A DNA stretch of 63,987 nucleotides, filler included, from Intoshia linei (Eukaryota > Animalia > Orthonectida), in assembly GCA_001642005.1 (NCBI GenBank). It is 9 parts of 9 records of this genome, joined end to end, with 100 filler letters (N's around TTAATTAATTAA, not from the genome) between each part and the next. Parts side by side here need not be neighbours in the genome. Positions count along the whole stretch, not along the records: positions 28,559 to 48,472 come from LWCA01000710.1; positions 48,573 to 50,827 come from LWCA01002448.1; positions 50,928 to 57,412 come from LWCA01001665.1; 6 more parts are not named here. The stretch is one strand, 5' to 3'. Shown here piece after piece: positions 41,558 through 53,758 of the stretch. The notes beneath the pieces were generated by a model that did not search any database, was not told the DNA's origin, and saw nothing but the letters and a program-made list of their open reading frames with translations. Each line of letters starts with the position of its first letter. Within the stretch, counting starts at the first letter, position 1. Both the position numbers and the translations under genes were made by a program.

Positions 41558-44500
41558 TTATAAGTCTCTTTGTTGTATCCAAACATTATCCAATTTATCC
41601 TGAAGTAAAGAAAATTTTTCAGAGATAAAGTCATCAAAAAAAATATTCAATCCAATAAGTGAATTCTAAAAAATTTTATAAAATTTTGAATACAAAAAGC
41701 TTACAGAATTATCTATAACCAGATTAATAAAATCTACAAATTTAACAAAATCTTGATGCTGTTCAACAGATGGCAAAAATTTTTTAAATTTAGCTGCATT
41801 TATTTTTTTGTGACTACAAAGAATGTTGAAATAATGAAAATCAAGTCTATGGGGCATGGTAGGTGAAAATTTTACATTTTGAGACATAATTTCATGTGAA
41901 TATTTCCTGTCGAATAAAATTTGAACTGTTAAATTGACTAAAAAGTTGATAAGTGTAATGCTAGTAAAAGATTCAGAATCTTTGTCATCTTTAGTCCAAA
42001 TTTCGTTGTCTTGATTAAAAACTTCAAAATATGACATTTTTGTTAAATTTATACTCAAATTTTTCAACATTGTGTAAAATTTTTTCAATTCCTTGTCCAT
42101 CAGTATACTATCCTCATCATAATACTTTCGAATGTAGGTTTCAACAAAAATTGCAATGTTTTTTCTTACTTTATCCTTTGTAATTTTATGACGACTTAGC
42201 TTTATCGGTACAGTTTCTAGTTTTGTCCAAATTCCGGTTTCGAAAAAATTTCCCATTTCGGTATAATATTCTTTAGTGTATTTATAAATTATCCTTGTTG
42301 TGTTTTCCAAGTCTAAATTTAAAATTTTAACGAGTATGCTTGAATCTTTGAGTAGCATTCTGTAAATCTGACATTCTATGGGAATGTACGAAAGAAATGC
42401 GTCAAAGTATAATGCTATCGGATGGTGAGAACATAGTGTACATTTTTGGATTATCCAAAGAGGTTCCAGAGCAAATGTATTGTGTGTCATTACCGTAAAT
42501 AACAGATGGTATATAAATTGCGAATGGCGGATACCGATTTTAGCCATTAACCATTTTGAGTATGTTTTAGTCGATTCAGTCGCATCTAGAGGCTCCATTT
42601 GAACGTAAATGTTTTGTTTTTTTATCATTTCAGTTTTTTTTATAAATTCTTCATATTTTATGTCTTGAGACACTATTGAATGTGACGTATCCAATTCATT
42701 TTCTCGGCATTCAGTTACACATTTTAGAGATATGTGTAATAAGGTTAGTCCTTTACTAGCCATTTCGTAAACTGATTCGTCGTCTTCAAAATCAATGTTT
42801 TTACTCTCATTGGATTTTAAAAAATAAAAATATCCGAAAAACAAATTGTCGTAATGTCCCAAATCTTTCATGTGTTTTACATTCGCTTGGTACAAATATC
42901 CACTCTAAATGTATTATTAAAAATTGTTATTCAAATTTAATCAATTTACGAAAGGAAAAAAATATTGGATAAAAATGTTTTTTAAAAAAGTTTTGAAAAA
43001 GTGGGGTTTTCCCTTAAAGGTAGGTAAAATAGAAATTTTTCAAAAAAGTTTTGAAAAAGTGGGGTTTTTTCTTAAAGGTAGGTAAAATAGAAATTTTTCA
43101 AAAAAGTTTTGGAAAAGTGGGGTTTTCCCTAAAGGGTAGGTAAAATTGAATTTTTCAAAAAAGTTTTGGAAAAAGATGGATTTTTCCTTTAAGGGTAGGT
43201 AAAATTAAATTTTTCAAAAACCTTCCTCTTAATTCAACCCCAAAATAAAAATACAATTTTACTAACTCAATGGGAAAAATCCCATTTTTCCAATATATTT
43301 TTGAAAAAAACATTTTTAACCAAATCTTATGAGATTTAAGACAAATTTAAAATAATTAAACCCCTTTAATTTTGTCATAGATCTTTTATATTTTATGTTT
43401 CCTTTGGGCCCAAAAAAATAAAAATTTTGAAGAAAGGGTTCGTACACTATTTGAATCGGAACCCACTGGATTAAGAGGTTTTTTCAAATAAGATTTGGTA
43501 AAATTGGATTTTTCTCATAAGGTTTGAAATGGAATTTTTTATTTTATAAAAATTACGTTTTCGACTGTAAATACCCATATAATTATAATTTACCTCTATG
43601 GCTTTATTGATTCTTTCAATTAAATCGACATCCTTTGTTTTAAAATCATCGGGTAAATTTTTAATAGATTTTATATTAAGAGTTCCAGGGAATTTTATCA
43701 GCTAAATATTAGAATAAAGAAAAATATATAATATATCAGTAATTCTCAAACTTTTTTGATAAAGCCGCCAAAAATAATATTTTTATTGAAAAGAAACTTA
43801 TTTTTGTATAATAAAAATATTGAAGTCTAATTAAAAATCTAGAATAAGTTTACCGTTAACTGATAATTATTTATATCAAGTCTCAAGTTTATACTAATTT
43901 ATATATTTTTAATTATATTAAAAGTCCTATACGTCTAATAAATGGTTGTAGTTGCATGTAAATACTTGAGACGTTGAAACAATAAATACTCTTCATTTTA
44001 TTAAATTTAAAAAAAAATCAATTTTGCGCCTCATTTTAAGAATCACTGATACGCAAATTTCTATTTTTTACTTCAAATAAAAAGTAGCTATCTAAATTCC
44101 ACATTTCGGTGATGCTTTTGAGTTTCACAGACATGTAATAATTTTGAGTCAAGTAATTTTCATATTCTTCTATAACATTATTAGAACCTCTGGAATATTT
44201 AAACCAATTTATGATACAATTGAAAGCATTTCGAATCCCTAGACGTGTAAATAATAAAAATATATTTAAATTAACCTCCATTGCTTGATAAGGTAGAATT
44301 TATGTTGTCAATTATATTACTACACAAATTAACAATTTTAATCTGTTCGGGGTTAAAAAAATTGAAATAATCATGATTGTGTCTTAGTCCACTAGACAAA
44401 TAAGGTAAAAGTTGATGATATATATTGTTGACATCAACTTCTCTAACAGTGGATAAATAATGAGAATTTTCGTTATTTGGTATAGATTCAGCATTATATT

Positions 44501-46973
44501 TAAGCCAAAAATATTTATTCTTGGTTAACCATCCGGATCGATTATTACAACGGTAACTTACCTTCAATTTTGGTATAGATATAATAAAATATTCTATAAA
44601 CGTTTTCATATCGTTGGTATTTGTAAACTTGACGCATTCAAATTTTCCTATAGGTATATCTTTGAAAATCATTACAAAACTGTTATTTTTCTTGGTCGGG
44701 CAAGCACTTTCCATATTTGTGTAGTTTGTGCGTGTTTTACTGCCTAATTTGATAATATAAAAAATAACTGATCAAATTACCTACAATTGACAAGTAAATG
44801 CTTTTAAATAGTTTTTTTTCAACGGGAATAGAGAATATAGCATTTACTATATATTCTTGACAGTCATCTTTTAATTTTGTATTTATACAATCAAATAAAC
44901 CATATTCAGAAATTTGTTTTTTTGAAGAAATACTGTTAAATTGTCTACTTTTAAAATTATCAGATACTAAAGATGAGTCGTCCAATCTCATTTCAGAACT
45001 AGTACGATATTTTAATGATGAGGGAAAATGTATACATTTGAAAGCAATCTTTTTCAATTCATTTTGTAAACTGGAAAAAATTTCTGGAAGTATACTGTAA
45101 TTTTCAATATTACCTTGAGGAAAATTTAAAATGTTTGGTATATTTATTATGTTAAAATCATGAGTGTTTTCCAATTTTCTTGGAATTGTTGTATTGATTG
45201 TTAATACTGCAACATCTACCCATCTGCACAGATTAGATGGCCATCTGATGCTGGGATTTGTTCGGCCTATATTTTCAGGCCCATGAATTCTCAAAAATGC
45301 AGTTTGAAGTACATATGTAATTGGTCCATTTTTTAATCTTCGATTATACTCCTCATCTAGGTATCTGATGGGTAAGTCTACATTTACTACTTCGTAAACT
45401 TTCCAAGGATTTTTTTGTTCTTCTTCTTCCAATTGGCCAGAGTTTGTTACACTACTGTTTATTGGAATAAGTCTAAATCTAACTGCATAATATACTCCTT
45501 CTTCGACTATTATTTTGTAAAATAAATGGGTATTGTATATTTGATTGCAGTATGAAGAAGGTCTAGCACGAATTCCTCCAACAAAAGAGTCCATGCTAAA
45601 TATTTTATTGAAAATATGTGTTAACTTTTAAAATGTTATTTTATTTCAATGTTTCAATGTCTAACCATTTATTTAAAAAACTGAGAGGCCTTGAATTTTA
45701 AAAAACAGAAATTCTAGGATTATTTTTGCATGAAAGAATTTTATCACAAGTTTAAATACCAGATTTACATTATAACTGTCAAAAACGCAAATTATCATTT
45801 TATTTACATTACATTACGAACTACATTATGAGACTTACATTGTGAGATTCAATATCTGAGTGTATGCAATAAAGACTGATAAATAATTAATATTTGACTG
45901 GTAAATAATTTATATTTGACTGATTGATAAATTGATAATTGACAACAAAATTAATTTTAAAATCTCAAATTTATAAATACACCTTGCTCATTTAACATTA
46001 ATGTTTAGCATAGCATAATAAATCAAAATGAAATTTAAAATTAATTAGTTAATTAATTTAATACACTCATTCCAATATATACAGTAGTATGTATTAGGTT
46101 ATGAACAATTGACTAATTACAAAATGTGAATGCATTAAAAATTTTTAAATTAAAATACTGAAGAGGCCGTTTAAGCATATATTCCTTGATATCCGTTATT
46201 TTGACGAGTTTATGAGCTTTAAAAATATCAGTGAATTCGTTCATAGTTTCCAAATTGTAATAAGGCGATATTTCTCCAGTAAAGCATAGTAAATCAAAAT
46301 CGCTCTGATAGAAACTATCACTAAACCTTAATTCTATAGCTCGATAACTGGGGTAAGCATCTTCACCGTAATCTGAAATAAAGTGGTATTTTGAATTGAT
46401 GTTGATATAAATAATTAAAAGTTAACCTGGAAAATTAAAATGTCTTATTTGGATTTCATGGAGTCGGTTTTTAGCAAAAAAAGGGTGTTTATTTAGTAAT
46501 TCACATTTTCCAGTCATTTTAGACGTTCCAAATGCCCTGACACCATTGGGAATTTCAAATTTTATATTATTAGATAGCAACAAAGGGCGTACATTATCTA
46601 ATTTGTACGATTTTTTCAACCATTTATCGTTTAATAATGAATTGGAAACCCTCTAAACGTTGTTTAAAATTCTAATTTAATATATTTAAGTACTTTTAAT
46701 TCATCTACTTGCAATTTGCATACTCTGAAGTAATCATTTGGTCCAACCAAAGAACGCAATTGTTGGTAAGCTAAATTATTGTTCTCTACATTCTCTTCAA
46801 ATCGACTCAACAGTTTTAAAGATTCATTCAAGTTAACTAGATTTCGTGTATTTTTTATGTTTTCTATTTATATAAATTATGTTTATTTATATTTCACAAA
46901 ATTGTGTAAAAATGGAAAATTAAAAGTATTATACGTAAGGGTTACCATTTACGCTAGTATTAAAAGTTTGCAT
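41558..46973 (-). CDS. Allene oxide synthase (catalase-like)-PLAT-lipoxygenase fusion protein, predicted catalytically inactive; exons 46973-46946, 46863-46694, 46652-46427, 46372-46159, 45595-44781, 44743-44276, 44238-44072, 43701-43594, 42904-41705, 41665-41558
   Basis: All nine introns are GT-AG with consistent phase; total 3504 nt, 1167 aa. AOS-like: HPFFAKNRLHEIQIRHFNF, RAIELRFSDS, SGQLEEEEQKNPW, YLDEEYNRRLKNGPITYVLQ, DFNIINIP. PLAT-like: IYLSIVGSKTRTNY. LOX-like: WNLDSYF, LPDDF, WLMAKIGIRHSQFIYH, HPI, YY-x7-DKEL, FSPTMP, QDKL. Confidence 0.87.
42983..43220. repeat. Tandem repeat, about 4 x 58-59 bp, in AOS-LOX intron 8
   Basis: Unit caaaaaagttttgaaaaagtggggttttcccttaaaggtaggtaaaatagaaatttt. 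Confidence 0.9.
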
Positions 46974-48572
46974 ATTTTCACTTATTAACAAAAAACATAA
47001 ACTAAGTATGTAACATATTTTATGTTACAATATTTGAATCAGTTTCTCGAATGATTTTCCTAATTAATGCATATATTTAATGTTTACACATGTTGTATTT
47101 AATATAAATTATTGTCTACAACTAAAAAACTAAATATGGGTCAATGATCTACATTATTATATCATTTTAATGAATCTTAAAATACTTTTTTAATTGTTGT
47201 TATATTCAATGCTATTATTGTCAAATCTATTTATACTTTTATTTTAATATTGTAATAATATATCAAAATATTGCTTTTATAATATAGTCCTGCCATTTTC
47301 ACAGTAAATGTACGTTTTGATATACGTTCAAAAAAATAATTATAAATGTATGATTTTTATATATCAGGAATCGACAACCAGTGACCCTAAAGGATAATTT
47401 TGGTGGCCTTTTGAGTAAATATGTAAATTATTTATTTTAAAATTTTTAAACACTTTTCTACCATAATTAGCTCATTCTAATCATTTTAACTCTAAATTTT
47501 CAAATCGCCCTGGATATTATTTGTTGAATATACTACTAGAATCGTTTATCTTCAGTTAAAATTGAAATTTATCATGTGTAAATTTTCACAAACGGGGCCC
47601 GTATAATTTTTTGATCAAAAAAAGTGACACACGAGATGCAAAAGGTTGCCGACCCCTGTATATATTAACATGCACACTAAGGTGTCTCTAAAATAATTAA
47701 AAATTATATTTTTGAACATCCTTAAGTATATTAGTTATCAGTATAAAAAAATGATATTTCCAAAATATTAATCTATTTCAACCAATATTGAAGATTAAGA
47801 TAAATATTTAAAAGCCTGGGCATTTACGTAAAACATAAGATTTACTATGAGAATTTATAATAAGTATACAATGTAAGTTATTGGTAAAGTACCCGCTTGT
47901 AATGATATAGCAGAGCGTGCGTTACACAAATATAGCATTACTAAAAAGATAACATCTATCAAATCAGAAATTCAAATCATTATATCCCTAAACTAGTAAT
48001 CCATTCTTATATAATATGCTTTTTTTGTCTGTGTGTGTGTTATCGTTTATTTCAATAACTACCAGCGACAGCTAGAGGGACCGCGATTGTCATTTGAACA
48101 CAGTAGAAAATATAAATAAAACTGAATATGCTTTTTTAATATTTTCATTTATGTAAATTGATAAAATGTTTGGAGTACATGTTTTGTGATTGTATTAAAT
48201 TTTTTATGTTTATAATTATGTTTATGTTATTTATGTTTATGAAAATTTTAAAAATAAATAAATATCAACAATAACAAATAAATTACTTTATACAAATAAA
48301 CAATTATCATTTTCAACCAATTTATTGTTATTGTTAATATTCATAAAATAGTATGATAATGTAAAAAAATCTTTACAATAAAAATTATGTTATTACTAAG
48401 TTTTAATTAATTTTATTCATAAAATAAACAACAATAAGAATGGAATAAGTGTACAAATAATTTTAAAATTGTNNNNNNNNNNNNNNNNNNNNNNNNNNNN
48501 NNNNNNNNNNNNNNNNTTAATTAATTAANNNNNNNNNNNNNNNNNNNNNNNNNNNNNNNNNNNNNNNNNNNN

Positions 48573-50476
48573 TCTTAGGCAGTACAGACAGTGTTAAAAT
48601 TGGTGATTTTGGACTGGCGACTTGTACTTCTGCTCCGATTTTTAGATCAAATTATTTTTCCACTAATTCTGATGTACAACTGAATGACGAAAATGCATTA
48701 AATAGTCAAATCAATTTAATTGTTCCGCTTACAGGCAATGTGGGCACTGCCTACTATGTCAGTCCAGAAGTTTTGAATGGTGAATATTATGATTCTAAAA
48801 TTGACATGTACGCAATGGGTATCATGCTCTTTGAAATGTCTTATCGAAAGATGAATACCGGAATGGAACGATGTCAAGTTTTGACTTCCTTAAGAAATTC
48901 TACGATAAAATTTCCAGATGATTTTAGTGTAGATTTAAAAGGTCAAGCTGATATAATTAGAAAATTACTTAATTGGGACCCAAAAAAACGTCCATCTGCA
49001 GATCAACTTTTACAAGAAGGAGTTATTCCTGATGCACATTCTTTATCTACTTTTGACATGTACGTTAAAATTGCTTTAACGAGTCTTGGTTCAACGACAA
49101 ATCGAACCTTACTTCGGCGCTTGTTTACTCAAGAACAAATTTCCCTTAGTCAAAGCGCCAATTACCTGAAGCATGCCAAAAAGGGTCTCAAAATTGACAC
49201 TAAAGCTCTACTTAAACGAATGGAAACTAAATTCTTGATAGAAGATGTATTTAAAACTCATGGTGCGGTATCCATGTTTAATGTACCAATTTTATCTCCG
49301 CATACCTCATTGTACGACAGAGACAGTTCTAGTCTCTTGATTGAAAANTTTGACATGTACGTTAAAATTGCTTTAACGAGTCTTGGTTCAACGACAAATC
49401 GAACCTTACTTCGGCGCTTGTTTACTCAGGAACAAATTCCTATTGGTCAAAGCGCCAATTACCTGAAGCATGTCAGAAAGGGTATCAAAATTGACACTAA
49501 AGCTCTACTTAAACGAATGGAAACTAAATTCTTGATAGAAGATGTATTTAAAACTAATGGCGCTGTATCCATGCTTAATGTACCAATTTTATCTCCGCAT
49601 ACATCTTTGTACGACAGAGACAGTTCTAGTCTCTTGATTGAAAAATCTGGTCTCATTGTACAACTTCCCTATGATTTACGTTTTTCGTTTGCCATGTATC
49701 TTTCTACTTTGGATTTGAATGGTCTTAGTTTAAAAAGGTATACGATAGATCGTGTGTTCAGACAACGTAAAATGACTACAATGCACCCAAAGGAATATAT
49801 AGAGATTGCATTCGATTATCTTAGCTTTTCTAATCAGTTGGATGTAAAGTACGAATTAATCAAAGTTTTCCATTCAGTTACAAACAGAATAGTCAACAAT
49901 CGTTTATTGAATCTCAAAAATATCAAATTTGTCATTTGTATAAATCATCGTGTTTTGATTGAAACAATTTTATTGTCTATTGGTGTAACGCGAACTAATG
50001 TTTTGTCTTTTTTTAAAGAAATTTCAATTTTGTCAACTCACAATACCTCTGTTTTGAAAAATGCTATTAGGGACAAGTTTAAATCTCTTGATGTTTCTGA
50101 TGATAAATTTCAACAATTTATAAATTGTATTTATCAAAAAATTGATATTTCAGCTATTGATGAAACGAAATCTGGCGAAAGTGAAAATTCTCAACATGAT
50201 TGTTTAAATTATGTCAACTTTGAGACCGTCAATTTTTTTAAAAAATTATTTGCTCAAAATTCTAAATTAGGTAGTGTTTTTTTTGATACACTCAGAGAGG
50301 TTGTCGATAATATTATTTTTTATCAAATCTATTTTCAAAGTTTTAGTTTTGAAATTTCTTTAAATATGCTTTATAATTGTCACCTGTATTCGAAATTTTT
50401 CTTTCAAATTTCGTGTGTTGATTCAAGTCAAGATGATTCTCGTGTTTTTGCATCTGGTGGAATGTACGAACAGTTG
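48573..50476 (+). CDS. EIF2AK4: eIF2-alpha kinase GCN2, partial: end of kinase domain and HisRS-like domain
   Basis: VKIGDFGLA, LTGNVGTAYYVSPEV, DMYAMGIMLFEM, P.KRPSA.QLL, then HisRS-like GLIVQLPYDLR, KRYTIDRVFR, HPKEYIEIAFD, INH, ASGGMYEQL. 5' end lost in a gap; likely donor GT at 50477. Confidence 0.93.
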
Positions 50477-51370
50477 GTAATTCATTTTAATATTTAATTT
50501 AGTCTCACCGCAAATCGACCTACCAAGTTCGAGGTCACGAAAATTAAAAATAGACTTGAAAAAATTTTTCGCAATGGATACGTAGTATCATGTACAATAG
50601 TCGTCTAGGATGTTAACCTTCCATTTTAAATTTATCACACAAAATAGTTGTGATATTCAAGAATATATATTTTTAAAGGCTCAATTTGGAAAAACGAGGA
50701 AATTCCTATCTTTGAGATTAATTGTCGAGGTCTCGGAATCAGGGCCGTGGAGGGTAGCAGTAGCCGGGTCAGATAGAATTTGAAATTTAAAAATTGCGTA
50801 GCAATGAAAAAAATTCCGAAGGAATGANNNNNNNNNNNNNNNNNNNNNNNNNNNNNNNNNNNNNNNNNNNNTTAATTAATTAANNNNNNNNNNNNNNNNN
50901 NNNNNNNNNNNNNNNNNNNNNNNNNNNGGATAAATTGACCGATGCAATTTACCGTAAAAGACCTCGAATGTTCTCTAAAGGAGAGAATATTTTGTAGAAT
51001 AAAGGTTAATCAAAATTGTTATTATAGAAGTTTTAATTATAGTTATAAAAACGACATTACTTTGTGAATGACCTAATAATACTGAATTTTCAGATCGCTC
51101 TAGGTTTTATTTTTTTTAATATTTTAGAACCGTTTCTCTTCAGTTAAAATTGAAATGTGTCACGTGTAAACTTTTAAAAATGGAACCGTAGAATGTTTTA
51201 ATATAAAAAGTGGCACGAGATGCAAAATGTTGCCGACTCTGACATAAAATTAAAACGCAATTCCATATGGTTTGTTAGATTAAGTTTCCAACATTAGCTA
51301 TCTCTGTAAGGTGACATTAATTTTAAGAGTTATTATTTAAAAAAATATGGAAACGTCACCTTCAGCAAAA

Positions 51371-52190
51371 CTAACTATGTTGGTACCACTCGCCTCTGAT
51401 GATCACACCAAATACTTTGTATTTTATAATAATTACATCCAAATTTTTTCGATAATCTTGACGTGTAAAACTTTCTTTTGGTGAAACTAATAATTTCTGA
51501 GTTATTTCTTGACCTACCTTGTTGTCAACATTAGCAATCATTTTATTTTGATGTTTTTGTTTCATCTACGAATGATAAAATTTATTTCACATTTAAAAAT
51601 ACATATTCTCCTGGAGAAAAGTTTTTATTATATTTTTTCAACAAATCATCACTAATAAATCTTTGAGATGTAACCATTTGTTTATCCAACAACATTCTAA
51701 AATTACAACTATACATTAATAATACGTTACTTTTAATTATTTTTTATTTGAAATGATGCCAACTTGCAAATACCTCGATGATTTATAAGATTTAAGTTGT
51801 TTATATAATTTTCCAATATATTTTTCATTGTTTGAATAATCAACATTGGAAGTATACGGACAATGGGGGAATAATTTATGTTTAGAATTCAATGAATTTA
51901 TTGTGTAATCTGTACTTAGCTTCATCAACATTTTTTCCGTTATATTTTCCATTTCACATTCCATATTTTGAATATTATTTTGTAATTCTTGCACATTTAT
52001 TTCACCGTCATTTTTATTCAATTCAAATTTTAATTTTTCATTCAAATTTGAAATTCTATCTTTAATCTAAAAACATGATGTGTAATGGACCATTAATATT
52101 CATTAATAATACATGTACTATAAAATGCAATATAACAGGTATATTGTAAAATCTAACCTGTATGACCAATTCTCCTACTCCCCAATTCAT
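51371..52190 (-). CDS. Hypothetical coiled-coil protein (exons 52190-52158, 52066-51774, 51696-51603, 51565-51371)
   Basis: Phase-consistent GT-AG introns, including a 37-nt one, join ORFs 51737-52045 and 51371-51565. E/N/K-rich heptad-like segment. No family recognised. Confidence 0.6.
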
Positions 52191-52368
52191 TTCAAATGCG
52201 AATTAAATGTTGATTATTACTAAGATATGATATAATATTTATAAGTATTGTTTACCAAGCCTTTTGAAAATACATTTGCAATTAATTTAATTTACTTTTT
52301 TGAATTTATAAACTTTTCGAAAATTCACTTTAATAGTATTTTTACATGGTTAGGATCAAAGTCTAAAT

Positions 52369-52681
52369 CAGGGGTGTCAGACTCAATTTGCTCGGCGGGC
52401 CAAATGTGAAAAAAATTATTACACGCACAAAAATCTTTACTCAAAAAATTATGTTAAAACTTAGAGATTTAATTAATTTATAATAATTTTAATTCATAAA
52501 ATGAAATATGAAACAATAAAAATGGAGTAAGTGTAAAAATTGTAATAATGAATAAATAAATCATGAAAAATCTATGAAAAGACTGTAATATAAGACATGT
52601 GTAAAAAATTGTTATAAAAAATAAAAATTTATATTATAACGGGCCGCAAATGACCCGAGGGCTGCATAATTGATACCTCTG
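52369..52681 (+). mobile_element. hAT-type MITE, family A
   Basis: caggggtgtcagactcaattt...attgatacctctg with flanks gtctaaat/ctttaaat. Confidence 0.87.
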
Positions 52682-52689
52682 CTTTAAAT

Positions 52690-52990
52690 AATAGTTTTTC
52701 AATCGGTGCGCCAGAGCAAATTTTATTTGTGCCTAGTGAAAAACTGTAAAAAGTGATATCGAATTAAATACTATTTCACAATGCGTCAGTTACTTGAGAT
52801 TTTTTTTTGCACCGAAATAACTTTTTTTCTAACATTTGCAAATTTTTCTTTCAGAATCTTGTACTACGGTAAAGATTTTCAGTAAACACCCAATAAATAT
52901 AAAATTTTTAATATTTCGTTATTTGATTATGTCCCCAAATTTTTTAATTACTTCAAGTGTGTTCAATGGAAAAAAGGTTGAGAAACATTG
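52690..52990. mobile_element. hAT-type MITE of a second family, directly adjacent to the family A copy
   Basis: Degenerate left TIR aatagtttttcaatcggtgcgcca (compare the reverse complement of 28921-28945), right TIR ggttgagaaacattg, flanks ctttaaat/ctctaaat. Confidence 0.65.
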
Positions 52991-53758
52991 CTCTAAATAA
53001 TTAACCAATTATAGGCAAGGCCTTGTTGAAATGTTAAAAGTTGACTTGTCCGAAATTAACTTGTTGAACTGATATATTAAATATATTCAAAATTATTTTT
53101 CACCGATAATGCGTTGATCTTTAAGGTTGAAATTTTGCATTTGTATTAACTGGTATAATCTGTATCAGAATAATCTTTACATTTTGGTCGATTATATATT
53201 TCAAATTTTTTGTTTTACATAAAATAGTTTCATAATAAAAAAAATGAATACTAAAGTGCTTTTTTACCGTGAAGGCGTCAGTTTGTCAGATTAAAATATT
53301 TGCATGTGTTCACTGGATATAACTGTATCATCTGTAATTTTTTGTAAATTCTAGGGCTATTTCCATTTTTAAAAAAGAGGGTAATCTTGGGCTTTGGGCG
53401 TAAAAAACACTTTTTTGAAATTACCATTTATGATGATTTTAAAACCTATCCCAGAATGTATGTTTTATATAATTTTAGTACATTTATCATTTTTTAAATA
53501 TTGGGTAATTTGTGGTTGTTGTAGACTGACTGTCAAACCACAAAAGTGACATTTTAGTTTGTTTGGTGTTAAATGTAAAGTCAAAACTACTTATCTATGA
53601 TGACGAATAAAAATTTTCGGCTTAAAATGTATTCCAAATAAACTAAAAGTGATAGTACGTATTTTTTCTAGCCATTTTATTTAAAATAAACATATTTTTA
53701 AAAAAAGAGTATTACAACAAATAACACGTTTCAATTTATACTTGTGAAATATCTAAAT

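Noticed and set aside
42983-43220. Regularly spaced repeats considered as a CRISPR-like array
   Set aside because: Head-to-tail units without unique spacers, inside a eukaryotic intron, with no cas genes.
43750-43990. Short possible exons within AOS-LOX intron 7
   Set aside because: Direct splicing of FLFE to LIKFPG already matches LOX spacing; the extra pieces have no LOX similarity and would need an intron of about 26 nt.
50700-50827. GC-richer segment considered as tRNA/ncRNA
   Set aside because: No cloverleaf or A/B boxes recognised; cagggccg start resembles a transposon TIR cut by the gap.
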